Source: a virus (lineage: Duplodnaviria; Caudoviricetes). From it: 30,506 nucleotides of DNA. This document shows positions 16,342 to 24,666 of this stretch, in pieces. Below the pieces are notes generated by a model, which was given only the letters and a program-made list of their open reading frames with translations, ran no database searches and was not told where the DNA came from. The stretch spans positions 1 to 30,506 of IMG/VR virus record IMGVR_UViG_3300005521_000785, one strand, 5' to 3'. Within the stretch, counting starts at the first letter, position 1. The number at the start of each line of letters is the position of its first letter. Made by a program: the position numbers and the translations under genes.

Positions 16342-17463
16342 CTATGTATTGCCCTGAGCAAATCTTATATTTTTTTTAATCCTGTTCGTGTCACCTATAG
16401 GGACATTTTTATTTTCTCGCAAAACTCTTTCCCATATTTTTATGGCTTCTTCTTCGTGGCCAGCGTAGTAGGCGCAGACGGCAGCTTCGTCTAAAAACCC
16501 CCAATCATAAATCCAGTGTATTTTAAAAAGAGCTTCTCTAGGTTCCTCGAAATCAAAATGGGATTTTGCAATTAAATATCCTAAGCGAAACTGTTCTTTG
16601 ACCCTGCAGTACTTAACTGATTCGTGTATAGGCTCAATTCTACTTCCGTCAAAATCATAAGCTTTTAATCCTGCTTCTATAACTTTTTCTATAGGAGAGT
16701 TGAGTTTAGCTTTCATTCTTGTTATACTATACAAGGACTCAAAAATTTCCTGACTAAAGAATCCAAGCTTAACTCTCTTTTCGTAATACTCAATAGCTTT
16801 TTCAGGATTCCCTGAGTCTCTGTAGGATTGAGCTAAATAAAAAGTATACCTTGATATCATTTCGGAATCATTTTCTTCGGCTAAAGCTTTTTCGAGTAAG
16901 ATAGCGTCTTTTTCGTATTTGTTTTCGTCTTCGCTCCTGTGTCCGTCGGTGTTTACAACGACCTTAATTCCTGATGTTTTTTCTATTGAATATGGCTCTT
17001 GGCAAGCTAGATATTCATGAAGGACTCCTTTGTAAAAAAAACCTTTATGGTTTTTAAAAATTAATTGCCTATAATAAAGAGTATCAGCGAAGAGAGTCTC
17101 TACTCTGTATAAATCATCCGTAAGAGACTTTTTGAAGTCTTCCACGTCAAACCCCGAGTCTAGAGAGATAACCTCGTCAGCGTCCATTACAAAGCAGTAA
17201 TCTATATTGCTGTACCGTCTTAACTTATGTAGAGCTACATTTCTGTTGTGGGAAAAGTTTTTCCATGGTTCATGCGCGAATTCGTATTCGATATTAAGTT
17301 CTGTTAGCTTTTTCGTGGCTACGCTTTTTGTGTTGTCGCATGAGCCAGTATCGACAATTAATACGAAGTCAACCAAGGCTTTAACGGAATCTATTAGGCG
17401 GGCGATTACCTTTTCTTCGTTTTTAACAATACAGCAAAGACCAATTTTTTTACTTTCGTTCAC
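16342..17463 (-). CDS. GT2 glycosyltransferase with C-terminal TPR repeats
   Basis: CIVKNEE, VDTGSCDNT, FSHNRN, MDADE, GVLHE; TPR FYLAQSYRDSG..EKAIEYYEKR. GTG start; stop abuts the phoH stop. Confidence 0.9.
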   Translation of the reverse strand: MNESKKIGLCCIVKNEEKVIARLIDSVKALVDFVLIVDTGSCDNTKSVATKKLTELNIEYEFAHEPWKNFSHNRNVALHKLRRYSNIDYCFVMDADEVISLDSGFDVEDFKKSLTDDLYRVETLFADTLYYRQLIFKNHKGFFYKGVLHEYLACQEPYSIEKTSGIKVVVNTDGHRSEDENKYEKDAILLEKALAEENDSEMISRYTFYLAQSYRDSGNPEKAIEYYEKRVKLGFFSQEIFESLYSITRMKAKLNSPIEKVIEAGLKAYDFDGSRIEPIHESVKYCRVKEQFRLGYLIAKSHFDFEEPREALFKIHWIYDWGFLDEAAVCAYYAGHEEEAIKIWERVLRENKNVPIGDTNRIKKNIRFAQGNT

Positions 17464-17471
17464 CTTCTAGA

Positions 17472-17501
17472 AGTATAACCTCTAGCGGCGGGGTCAGTCA
17501 A
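17472..17501 (-). promoter_or_regulatory. sigma70-like promoter for the GT2-TPR gene, probably leaderless
   Basis: Minus strand TTGACT (17501-17496), 18 nt, TATACT (17477-17472); GTG 8 nt downstream. Confidence 0.65.
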
Positions 17502-17521
17502 TTTAAGAAAAAGTGAAATTT

Positions 17522-17692
17522 TTAACCTTTTCTGTCGTCTAAAGCATCTAGGTGTTTTATCGTATCGTGGGCTAAATTGTTAATTTTATAGAAGATTTTC
17601 GAGAGTTCAAGGTTTGATGTATTGCAATGAGGGAGGGACAATTTCATGATTTCATTAATTTTTTGAATGATTTTGCCTTTTTGGTCATTCAC
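17522..17692 (-). CDS. 56-aa helical hypothetical protein (not in ORF track)
   Basis: Translated by hand from GTG: MNDQKGKIIQKINEIMKLSLPHCNTSNLELSKIFYKINNLAHDTIKHLDALDDRKG. GGTGTAAAT motif just upstream. Confidence 0.55.
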   Translation of the reverse strand: MNDQKGKIIQKINEIMKLSLPHCNTSNLELSKIFYKINNLAHDTIKHLDALDDRKG

Positions 17693-17696
17693 ACAT

Positions 17697-17707
17697 ATAT
17701 TTACACC
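17697..17707 (-). promoter_or_regulatory. RGTGTAWWW motif, candidate phage late promoter
   Basis: Minus strand GGTGTAAATAT; core about 10 nt before GTG 17692. Confidence 0.45.
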
Positions 17708-17758
17708 TATTTAAAAATATTTTAATTTTTAATTATAAATTTTTAAACAAATAAAATA

Positions 17759-18154
17759 ATGCAAAAGAAATACTGTACTAAATGTGGTCAAGCCACTGAA
17801 TACAAATCCGAAACTCCTTCTTTCTGCTCGAAGTGTGGTAATTCGTTTTCGGGAAAGAAATCTACAGCCACTAGATCAACCGTAAGAGATAAATCCTCGC
17901 GCTACCCTAGCGAGGACGAAGATGAATTTGAGGAAAGCTCCAGTTTTAGCTCCAACATAACTTCGTTAGAGTTTGAAGTAGAAAAATTTCCAGCTCCCAA
18001 TCCTACGATAGGCCAAGTAGCATCCCTAGGGCCGAGCGAAGCTAGCGATAAAGGACCGAAACAGCAGGAGGCTATAGCTCCAGTAGATGAAGAAAAATTC
18101 CTCAAAGATTTTCAGCAAGAGGCGGGTTCGATAAAGCGAAGAAACAATGGCTGA
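17759..18154 (+). CDS. Zinc-ribbon protein with acidic/disordered C-terminal part
   Basis: YCTKCG...FCSKCG; overlaps the start of the sigma factor gene. Confidence 0.8.
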   Translation: MQKKYCTKCGQATEYKSETPSFCSKCGNSFSGKKSTATRSTVRDKSSRYPSEDEDEFEESSSFSSNITSLEFEVEKFPAPNPTIGQVASLGPSEASDKGPKQQEAIAPVDEEKFLKDFQQEAGSIKRRNNG

Positions 18155-18830
18155 GCCCAAAAAGTTTGAAGACTTTATAGAAGTCATAGACAAAGAGATA
18201 GTAAAGAGGAAACCGAAATGGAACCTTAAATCTCTTGCTTGGCTAGACTACGATGACGTCTCACAAATTATAAGGATACATATACATAAAAAGTGGCACT
18301 TGTACGATCAAAAGAAACCGATAGGTCCATGGCTTAACGCGATAATAGCTAATCAAATCAAAAACTTGATAAGAAATAATTATGCTAACGTTTCTAGGCC
18401 GTGTTACAGGTGCGACGCTGCAGAGGGGGAAAATCTTTGTTTGATATATGAGAAACAATGCAATGCTTGTCCCATATTTGCCAAATGGGAATCCACAAAA
18501 AAAGATGCTTATAATTTAAAAATAGCATCCTCCCTAGAGCATCATGGACACGAGCTAAATAGTCGAGACTTGCAAGACAGCATGAATTTAGAGTCCAATA
18601 TAAAGAAACTACATAAAGCCATGGAGGAGCAGCTAAAACCTTTAGAGTGGAGAATATATCAATTAATTTACATAGAAAATAAATCAGATGAAGAGGTCGC
18701 AAAAATAATGGGCTATACAACTTCAGAAGCGAACAGAACCCCAGGTTATAAGCATATTAAAAATGTAAAAAAGTCCATTATAGCTAAGGCTAAAAGAGCT
18801 CTAGACAAAAACAAAATAGATATTCTTTAA
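18147..18830 (+). CDS. Phage sigma70-family (ECF-like) sigma factor with Cys-rich insert
   Basis: Region 2-like DYDDVSQ...YDQKKPIGPWLNAIIANQIKNLIR; region 4-like LKPLEWRIYQLIYIENKSDEEVAKIMG; CxxC..C..CxxC between them. Confidence 0.78.
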   Translation: MAEPKKFEDFIEVIDKEIVKRKPKWNLKSLAWLDYDDVSQIIRIHIHKKWHLYDQKKPIGPWLNAIIANQIKNLIRNNYANVSRPCYRCDAAEGENLCLIYEKQCNACPIFAKWESTKKDAYNLKIASSLEHHGHELNSRDLQDSMNLESNIKKLHKAMEEQLKPLEWRIYQLIYIENKSDEEVAKIMGYTTSEANRTPGYKHIKNVKKSIIAKAKRALDKNKIDIL

Positions 18831-18831
18831 A

Positions 18832-19914
18832 ATGAAACTCTCCGAAGAACAAAAAGAATTGATCCTTAACGAATGGAACAGTAAACTCGACGACCCCCCA
18901 TCTCTACTTACTCTTACGAAGATAGCGTTTCCTGACTTGGAGAAAGTAGATGGAAGGTGTAAAGAAGGTAAACTTGTTAAAACCTTCCTTGCAGAAAGTG
19001 GGTTAAGAGCAAGGCCAGCAAACGAATACAAGCCAAAACAAAAAATCAATTTAACAGAAGAGCAAAAAGAGTTCTGCGGTAATAACGCTTCGATGATGTC
19101 GTTCGTAGAGATAGCTAGAGTCTTATTCGCAGACGAATCCTTGAACAATTTAAGTCAAGAAGCTAAAGCGATTAAAGAGCATATAGACTCTTTGGGAAAT
19201 TCTATAATCCCATTTGAAGATCATACTAGACAGGAATTACCAGATTATAAATCTCCCAAAACTCAAACGCAAGCCTTAGCGAAAATAAAAAAATATACCC
19301 CCGATGATACAAATCCTGAAAAGATAAGCCACAAGAAGAAAAAAGAAATAAGTAGCTTAATAGGCTATCTTAATACTTACAGGTTTAATTATCAGATTAA
19401 CACTTATTCAAATCAGACCTCTAGGGACCTTTTCGAGAGCAGCTTCATAAGGTACACCCACGACAAAGAAGACTTGTCTCAAGAGGAAGTGGATCAGTAC
19501 ATAGTATTATCTACAGAAGTAGTCATAGCTTCCCATATCCAAAGACGAGTAGAGCACTTGCAGGGGCTACTGGATGACGCAGCCGACGACACTGAAGGAA
19601 GAAGAATCTCTATGTCTTTAGTAGAAGCTATCAGCAGCGCTCAAAACGAATACAATCAATCAGTTAACCGACAACATAAACTACTCGGAGACCTGAAAGA
19701 GAAAAGAAGCGATAAACTAAAAAACAAAATTAAAGCAAACGCAAGCATAATTAGCTTAGTCGAAATGTGGAAAGAAGAAGAGAATAGACATAAGATGATA
19801 AAGCTAGCTGAACTAAACAAACAAAAAGTCAAAAGCGAAATCGACAACCTGCAGAACATGGACGAATTAAAGGCTAAAATTTTAGGATTAAGCGAAGAAG
19901 ACGTTTTGGAATAG
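18832..19914 (+). CDS. Hypothetical protein, candidate terminase small subunit
   Basis: Two L[ST]EEQKE-initiated HTH-like repeats, long C-terminal coiled coil, and position two genes upstream of the large terminase. Confidence 0.45.
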   Translation: MKLSEEQKELILNEWNSKLDDPPSLLTLTKIAFPDLEKVDGRCKEGKLVKTFLAESGLRARPANEYKPKQKINLTEEQKEFCGNNASMMSFVEIARVLFADESLNNLSQEAKAIKEHIDSLGNSIIPFEDHTRQELPDYKSPKTQTQALAKIKKYTPDDTNPEKISHKKKKEISSLIGYLNTYRFNYQINTYSNQTSRDLFESSFIRYTHDKEDLSQEEVDQYIVLSTEVVIASHIQRRVEHLQGLLDDAADDTEGRRISMSLVEAISSAQNEYNQSVNRQHKLLGDLKEKRSDKLKNKIKANASIISLVEMWKEEENRHKMIKLAELNKQKVKSEIDNLQNMDELKAKILGLSEEDVLE

Positions 19915-19915
19915 A

Positions 19916-20857
19916 ATGAAGTTAGAATGTAAAGCTTGCGATAAAGTCTTCGATAGCGAAAGGAGTCTACACGCGCATATTAAAGCTCATGACTTAAGGG
20001 TAGTTTCTTATTACCAAAAATATTATCCTCGATATGATCTTTATAATGGTTCGATAATAAAGTTTAAATCTAAAGAGCAATATTTTAGTCAAGACTTTAA
20101 CAACAGAACGAACCAAAGAAAATGGATAGAGTCTCAAGATAAATCGGACGCAAAAAAATATCTCAAAAAGCTTATAGAAGAAAGAATTAAAACTAAGGAG
20201 ATTTGCTTTTCTCCATGTCAAGTGGAGCTTAGAAGCTTACTTATACCATCCATAGTGTTTTACGAAAAATTTTTTGAAGACTACTATGAGCTATGTCAGA
20301 ACATTGGACTGAATAACAAGTATAGAAAGATCAATGAACTAATTGTAGCTAACGGTTATTCAGAAAATGAAGAATTGGAGATTTTTATAGACACTAGAGA
20401 GCAGATGCCATTGGATTTTAATTTTCCTTCAAAAGTAAGGACTCTAAAGTATGGAGACTACGCTTTGAGCAATAAGGATATAACTTGCAATTGTTACATA
20501 GAAAGGAAGTCTTTAGCGGATTTTATATCAACTATCAGCGTGGCAAATCACGATAGGTTTTGTAGGGAAATAGAAAGAGCTAAAGAAGATGATGCTAATT
20601 TAGTTATCCTCGTAGAAGATACTCTTTCTCACGCTATGTCTTTTCCTTTTTTACCTTACATCTCCAAAAAGATAAAGGTTACTCCTGAGTTTATATTCCA
20701 TAAAGTAAGAAAGATGATTCAAAACTACGATCACATACAATTCTTATTTGTGAAAAATAGAGAAGAGGCTTCTCGGGTAACTGAAAAAATATTCTTTTCT
20801 AAATGCGTTTACAAGGATATAGATTTGCAGCTAGCTTACGATAAAGGAATTCTATAG
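19916..20857 (+). CDS. C2H2 zinc finger + ERCC4/XPF-family nuclease
   Basis: CKACDKVF....SLHAHIKAH; IDTREQ, GDY, IERKSLAD (ERKx3D), LVILVE. Confidence 0.88.
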   Translation: MKLECKACDKVFDSERSLHAHIKAHDLRVVSYYQKYYPRYDLYNGSIIKFKSKEQYFSQDFNNRTNQRKWIESQDKSDAKKYLKKLIEERIKTKEICFSPCQVELRSLLIPSIVFYEKFFEDYYELCQNIGLNNKYRKINELIVANGYSENEELEIFIDTREQMPLDFNFPSKVRTLKYGDYALSNKDITCNCYIERKSLADFISTISVANHDRFCREIERAKEDDANLVILVEDTLSHAMSFPFLPYISKKIKVTPEFIFHKVRKMIQNYDHIQFLFVKNREEASRVTEKIFFSKCVYKDIDLQLAYDKGIL

Positions 20858-22690
20858 ATGTGGTATGCTCCAGAAAAATATAGGCAAGGAGACTCGTTCA
20901 ATATGAACGAAGAGCTTCTAAAGCTTAAAGGAGAGCTAACAGACAAAGAAGCTAAAATTTCTTTAGCTAAGTTTCTAAGCTCTAACCTTTCGTTTACTAC
21001 AGAATTGATTTCGGGAATAAGACTAGCTCCGTTTCAGGAGATAACCTTAAAAGGCATGATGAAGAGAAATTTCTCTATGTGTGTCTGGGGACGTGGTTGT
21101 GGTAAAACTTTTATAGCTTCAGTGTTTTGTTTTCTTCATTGTATTTTCAACCCAGAGACCAAGATACTAATCGCAGGACCCACGTTTCGTACGGCAAGGT
21201 TTATATTCAATAACTTAGAAAAGATAGTTAACACAAGGGGTGCGGAGCTCTTACAACAAGCTTTTTGTACAAAACCTTCCAAAAGAAACGATCAGTATGA
21301 ATGGCTTATAAATGGAGGGAGTATCACTGCGATTCCGTTAAGTGGAGAAAAGATTCGTGGTTTTCGCGCTAACATACTGCTTCTTGACGAGTTTCTATTA
21401 CTTCCAGAAGAGATTATTAAAACCGTGTTGATGCCGTTTCTGGTTGCTCCACAAGACATGAAAGAAAGAATAAAAATAAGAGAGATGGAAGATGATCTAA
21501 TAGATAAAGGGCTTATGAAAGAAGAAGAGAGGATGGTTTTCGAAAACAATTCTAAAATGATCGCTTTGTCTTCTGCGTCTTATACTTTTGAGAATTTATA
21601 TAAAACTTATAAGGAGTGGTCTGGAAAAATATATTCAGAAGAGAGGGGGGACGCTACATATTTCATCTCTCAATTAGGTTACGAAGCTTTACCTGAAGAA
21701 ATGATAGATAGAACCGTAATAGAAGAAGCTCAAGATGGAGGCTCTTCACATTCTTCTTTTTTAAGAGAGTACTGCGCTCAATTTACTGATGGTTCTGATT
21801 CTTATTTTAGCGCACAAAAAATGCACAACTGTACGATACCCGACGGAGAGCATCCAACCACTTTGATAAAGGGAAAAAAGAACAGTAGATATATATTGGG
21901 TATTGACCCTTCCTTTTCTAATTCTCCAAGCTCTGATTTTTTCGCAATGTCTTTATTGGAAGTGGATGAGGAAACTAAAACGGGAACCTTGGTTCATTCT
22001 TACGCTGTGGCGGGTGGAGATTTAAAGGATCATATAAAGTATATGTTCTACATCTATAGTAACTTTGACGTGGAAATGATATGTATCGATAACGCGGGAT
22101 ATCAGTTTATAGATAGCTGTAATGAATCCTCTTTCTTTAGGAAGAACAATATAAACATAAAGTTTTTTGATTTTAATAGCGATGCAGAAGGACAGAATTA
22201 TATTTCAGAATGCGCCAAAGCTAAAAGAGCTTTAAATAAGCAAGATGGAGCTATATGTTTTAAGCAAACCTTCACCTCTAATTGGTTAAGAAAAGCCAAT
22301 GAGCATCTGCAAGCATGTATAGACCACAGGAAAATATGGTTTGCGTCAAAGTGCTCCGCGAACGAATCTGAATTTACCAATCAAACCTCTCAGTCTTTTG
22401 ACATTAAATTAACGGGAGAAGATTCTAAGGGCGACTTAATTGATTCTCAAGATATATTAATTTATCAAACTAAAAAACAGTGTGCTCTCGTAGAAGTTAA
22501 AAGTACTGCAAAAGGAACTCAAACCTTTGATCTTCCTCAACATCTAAAACGCTCTACAAGCGCAAGTAGAGCAAGAAAAGATAATTATACGACTCTAATG
22601 TTGTCAAATTGGGCTTTAAAGTGTTTTTTCGATATAAAATCTCATAAAAACGAATCTTCGTCAACTTTTACCCCTATAATGCTTGATTAA
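20858..22690 (+). CDS. terL: Terminase large subunit
   Basis: LAPFQ (Q motif), GRGCGKT Walker A, IRGFRA, LLLDE Walker B, LSSA motif III, REYCAQF, LGIDP / IDNAG / KDNY RNase H acidic residues. Confidence 0.92.
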   Translation: MWYAPEKYRQGDSFNMNEELLKLKGELTDKEAKISLAKFLSSNLSFTTELISGIRLAPFQEITLKGMMKRNFSMCVWGRGCGKTFIASVFCFLHCIFNPETKILIAGPTFRTARFIFNNLEKIVNTRGAELLQQAFCTKPSKRNDQYEWLINGGSITAIPLSGEKIRGFRANILLLDEFLLLPEEIIKTVLMPFLVAPQDMKERIKIREMEDDLIDKGLMKEEERMVFENNSKMIALSSASYTFENLYKTYKEWSGKIYSEERGDATYFISQLGYEALPEEMIDRTVIEEAQDGGSSHSSFLREYCAQFTDGSDSYFSAQKMHNCTIPDGEHPTTLIKGKKNSRYILGIDPSFSNSPSSDFFAMSLLEVDEETKTGTLVHSYAVAGGDLKDHIKYMFYIYSNFDVEMICIDNAGYQFIDSCNESSFFRKNNINIKFFDFNSDAEGQNYISECAKAKRALNKQDGAICFKQTFTSNWLRKANEHLQACIDHRKIWFASKCSANESEFTNQTSQSFDIKLTGEDSKGDLIDSQDILIYQTKKQCALVEVKSTAKGTQTFDLPQHLKRSTSASRARKDNYTTLMLSNWALKCFFDIKSHKNESSSTFTPIMLD

Positions 22691-22701
22691 AGTGTAATAA
22701 A
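22691..22701 (+). promoter_or_regulatory. RGTGTAWWW motif, candidate phage late promoter
   Basis: AGTGTAATAAA immediately after the terL stop, in the 29-nt gap before the portal gene. Confidence 0.5.
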
Positions 22702-22719
22702 GAATATACTTTTACGATC

Positions 22720-24663
22720 ATGAGCGAAGAATCTAAAAAGCCCGCAAAAAAAGCGGCTAAAAAAACAAGAAAACCTAGGGCTTCCGCTAAGAAAACTTCG
22801 ACGGCATCCTCAGAAACAGAACCTCTAATGACCTTTGAGAGTTTTGCTTATGACACCACTCAAACGAGAAGGAATAAATCTGCTGTAGTAAAGAGGACCG
22901 ACAGATTTAAGAATATAGACGACGGACTGGTTCCTTATAGCTACTACAGTACCCCTTATTCTACTGGAGCGGGTAATTCAGATATAGATATACGGGATGC
23001 AGTTACCTTATGTCAGAAAGCTTATTATAACTTTGCTCAGTTCAGGAATGTCATAGATTTAATGACAGAGTTTTCTATAGGTACTTTATATTTCGAAGGA
23101 GAAAATAAAAAATCCAAAAAGTTTTTCGAAGAGTTCTTCGAGAAAATGGACCTCTTTTCCTTACAGGATAGGTTTTATAGAGAATATTTTAGGTCTGGAA
23201 ATATATTTTTATATAGGTTTGAAGGCAAGCTGGCAGACGGAGACCTTAAAAAAGTAGCTAACGCTTATGGAGCTAATTTATCCTTATTGACTGAAGGTAG
23301 ACTTCCGACAAGATATGTATTTTTGAACCCAGCGGATATAAGGATGACAGGTACAGCTTCGTTCTATAAGGCTAGATATTCTAAAGTTTTAAGCCCTTAT
23401 GAGATACAAAGGATTAAAAACCCACTAACTGAAGAGGATCATACTATAAGAGAGTCTCTCGACAAAGAGACTTTGAAAAAAATAGATAGTGGAAATTCAA
23501 AAAAAGTATCGTTTCCTTTGGACTCAGATAGATTAGTCTCTGTTTTTTACAAGAAACAAGACTATGAGCCGTTCGCTGTTCCGATGGGATTTCCTGTTTT
23601 GGCCGACTTAAGCTTTAAGGATGAGCTTAAAAAAATGGATATGGCCATCGCTAGAACTATGCAACAGGCAATTCTTTTAGTGACTATGGGCACGGACCCA
23701 GACAAAGGGGGAGTCAATCAAAAGAACTTAATGTCTATGCAAAAGTTGTTTGAAAATCAATCTGTAGGAAGAGTGTTGATAGCGGATTATACTACTAAAG
23801 CTGAATTCGTAGTACCTAAAATTGCAGAGCTAATGAGTCCGCAAAAGTATGAAGTATTTAATCAAGACATCAACATGGGCTTGAATAACATTTTAGTGGG
23901 AGGTGAAAAGTTCGCCAATCAGTCGAATAAAGTCGAAGTATTTTTAGCTAGATTAGAGGCTGCTAGAGAAACCTTTCTAAACTCATTTTTAATCCCAGAG
24001 ATTAAAAAAATAGCAAGGTCTATGGGGTTTAGGTCTTGTCCCATGCCAAGGCTCTCTGAAATTTCATTAAAAGATGACACTTTAAAAGATAAAGTATATA
24101 CTCGCCTTTACGAACTCGGAGTTCTAAGCCCAGAAGAACTAATGGAAGCTCTACAGAGCAGCAGACTTCCCAAGAAAAGAGATTCTGTAGAATCTCAAAA
24201 AGAATTCTACAAAATGAAAGAGGATGGTTTCTATGAACCTATTATGAAATCAGGTTCAGAAGAGGGCGGTAGACCTGAAGGAACGGAAGGAATTAAACAA
24301 GAGACTCAAGAGGTTTCACCAATAGGAGAAGGAGAACAGTCTAAAGCTACCAATTTTAGCTTGAATAAGATAAAAGAAAATATGATTTTAGCTCAAAAAT
24401 TATCTACAGAAGTAGCAAAAACCTTGAGGAAAATGCATAAGATAAAGAGGTTTACTAATAAGCAAAAACAAGTATCTGAAGATATTTGTGAGATTATAAT
24501 CTCAAATGAAAGCCCAGATAATTGGCTAAATAGCGTAGAAAAATACTGCGAATCACCCATTGACCATAACCCAGAAAGAGTTAAGGTTGTTCAAAATATA
24601 GCCTACGAGCATCAATTAGATGCTTATTTAGCTAGTCTTTTGGCGTCTAGTATGAAGGAGTAA
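22720..24663 (+). CDS. Portal protein
   Basis: 647 aa directly after terL; portal-like pattern (FRNVIDLMTEF, REYFRSGNIFLY, FLNPADI, LYELGVLSPEE); basic disordered N-terminus. Confidence 0.8.
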   Translation: MSEESKKPAKKAAKKTRKPRASAKKTSTASSETEPLMTFESFAYDTTQTRRNKSAVVKRTDRFKNIDDGLVPYSYYSTPYSTGAGNSDIDIRDAVTLCQKAYYNFAQFRNVIDLMTEFSIGTLYFEGENKKSKKFFEEFFEKMDLFSLQDRFYREYFRSGNIFLYRFEGKLADGDLKKVANAYGANLSLLTEGRLPTRYVFLNPADIRMTGTASFYKARYSKVLSPYEIQRIKNPLTEEDHTIRESLDKETLKKIDSGNSKKVSFPLDSDRLVSVFYKKQDYEPFAVPMGFPVLADLSFKDELKKMDMAIARTMQQAILLVTMGTDPDKGGVNQKNLMSMQKLFENQSVGRVLIADYTTKAEFVVPKIAELMSPQKYEVFNQDINMGLNNILVGGEKFANQSNKVEVFLARLEAARETFLNSFLIPEIKKIARSMGFRSCPMPRLSEISLKDDTLKDKVYTRLYELGVLSPEELMEALQSSRLPKKRDSVESQKEFYKMKEDGFYEPIMKSGSEEGGRPEGTEGIKQETQEVSPIGEGEQSKATNFSLNKIKENMILAQKLSTEVAKTLRKMHKIKRFTNKQKQVSEDICEIIISNESPDNWLNSVEKYCESPIDHNPERVKVVQNIAYEHQLDAYLASLLASSMKE

Positions 24664-24666
24664 TAA

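Noticed and set aside
20858-22690. Intein or intron in terL
   Set aside because: The 610-aa ORF is continuous, with ATPase and nuclease motifs normally spaced and no intein splice or LAGLIDADG motifs seen.
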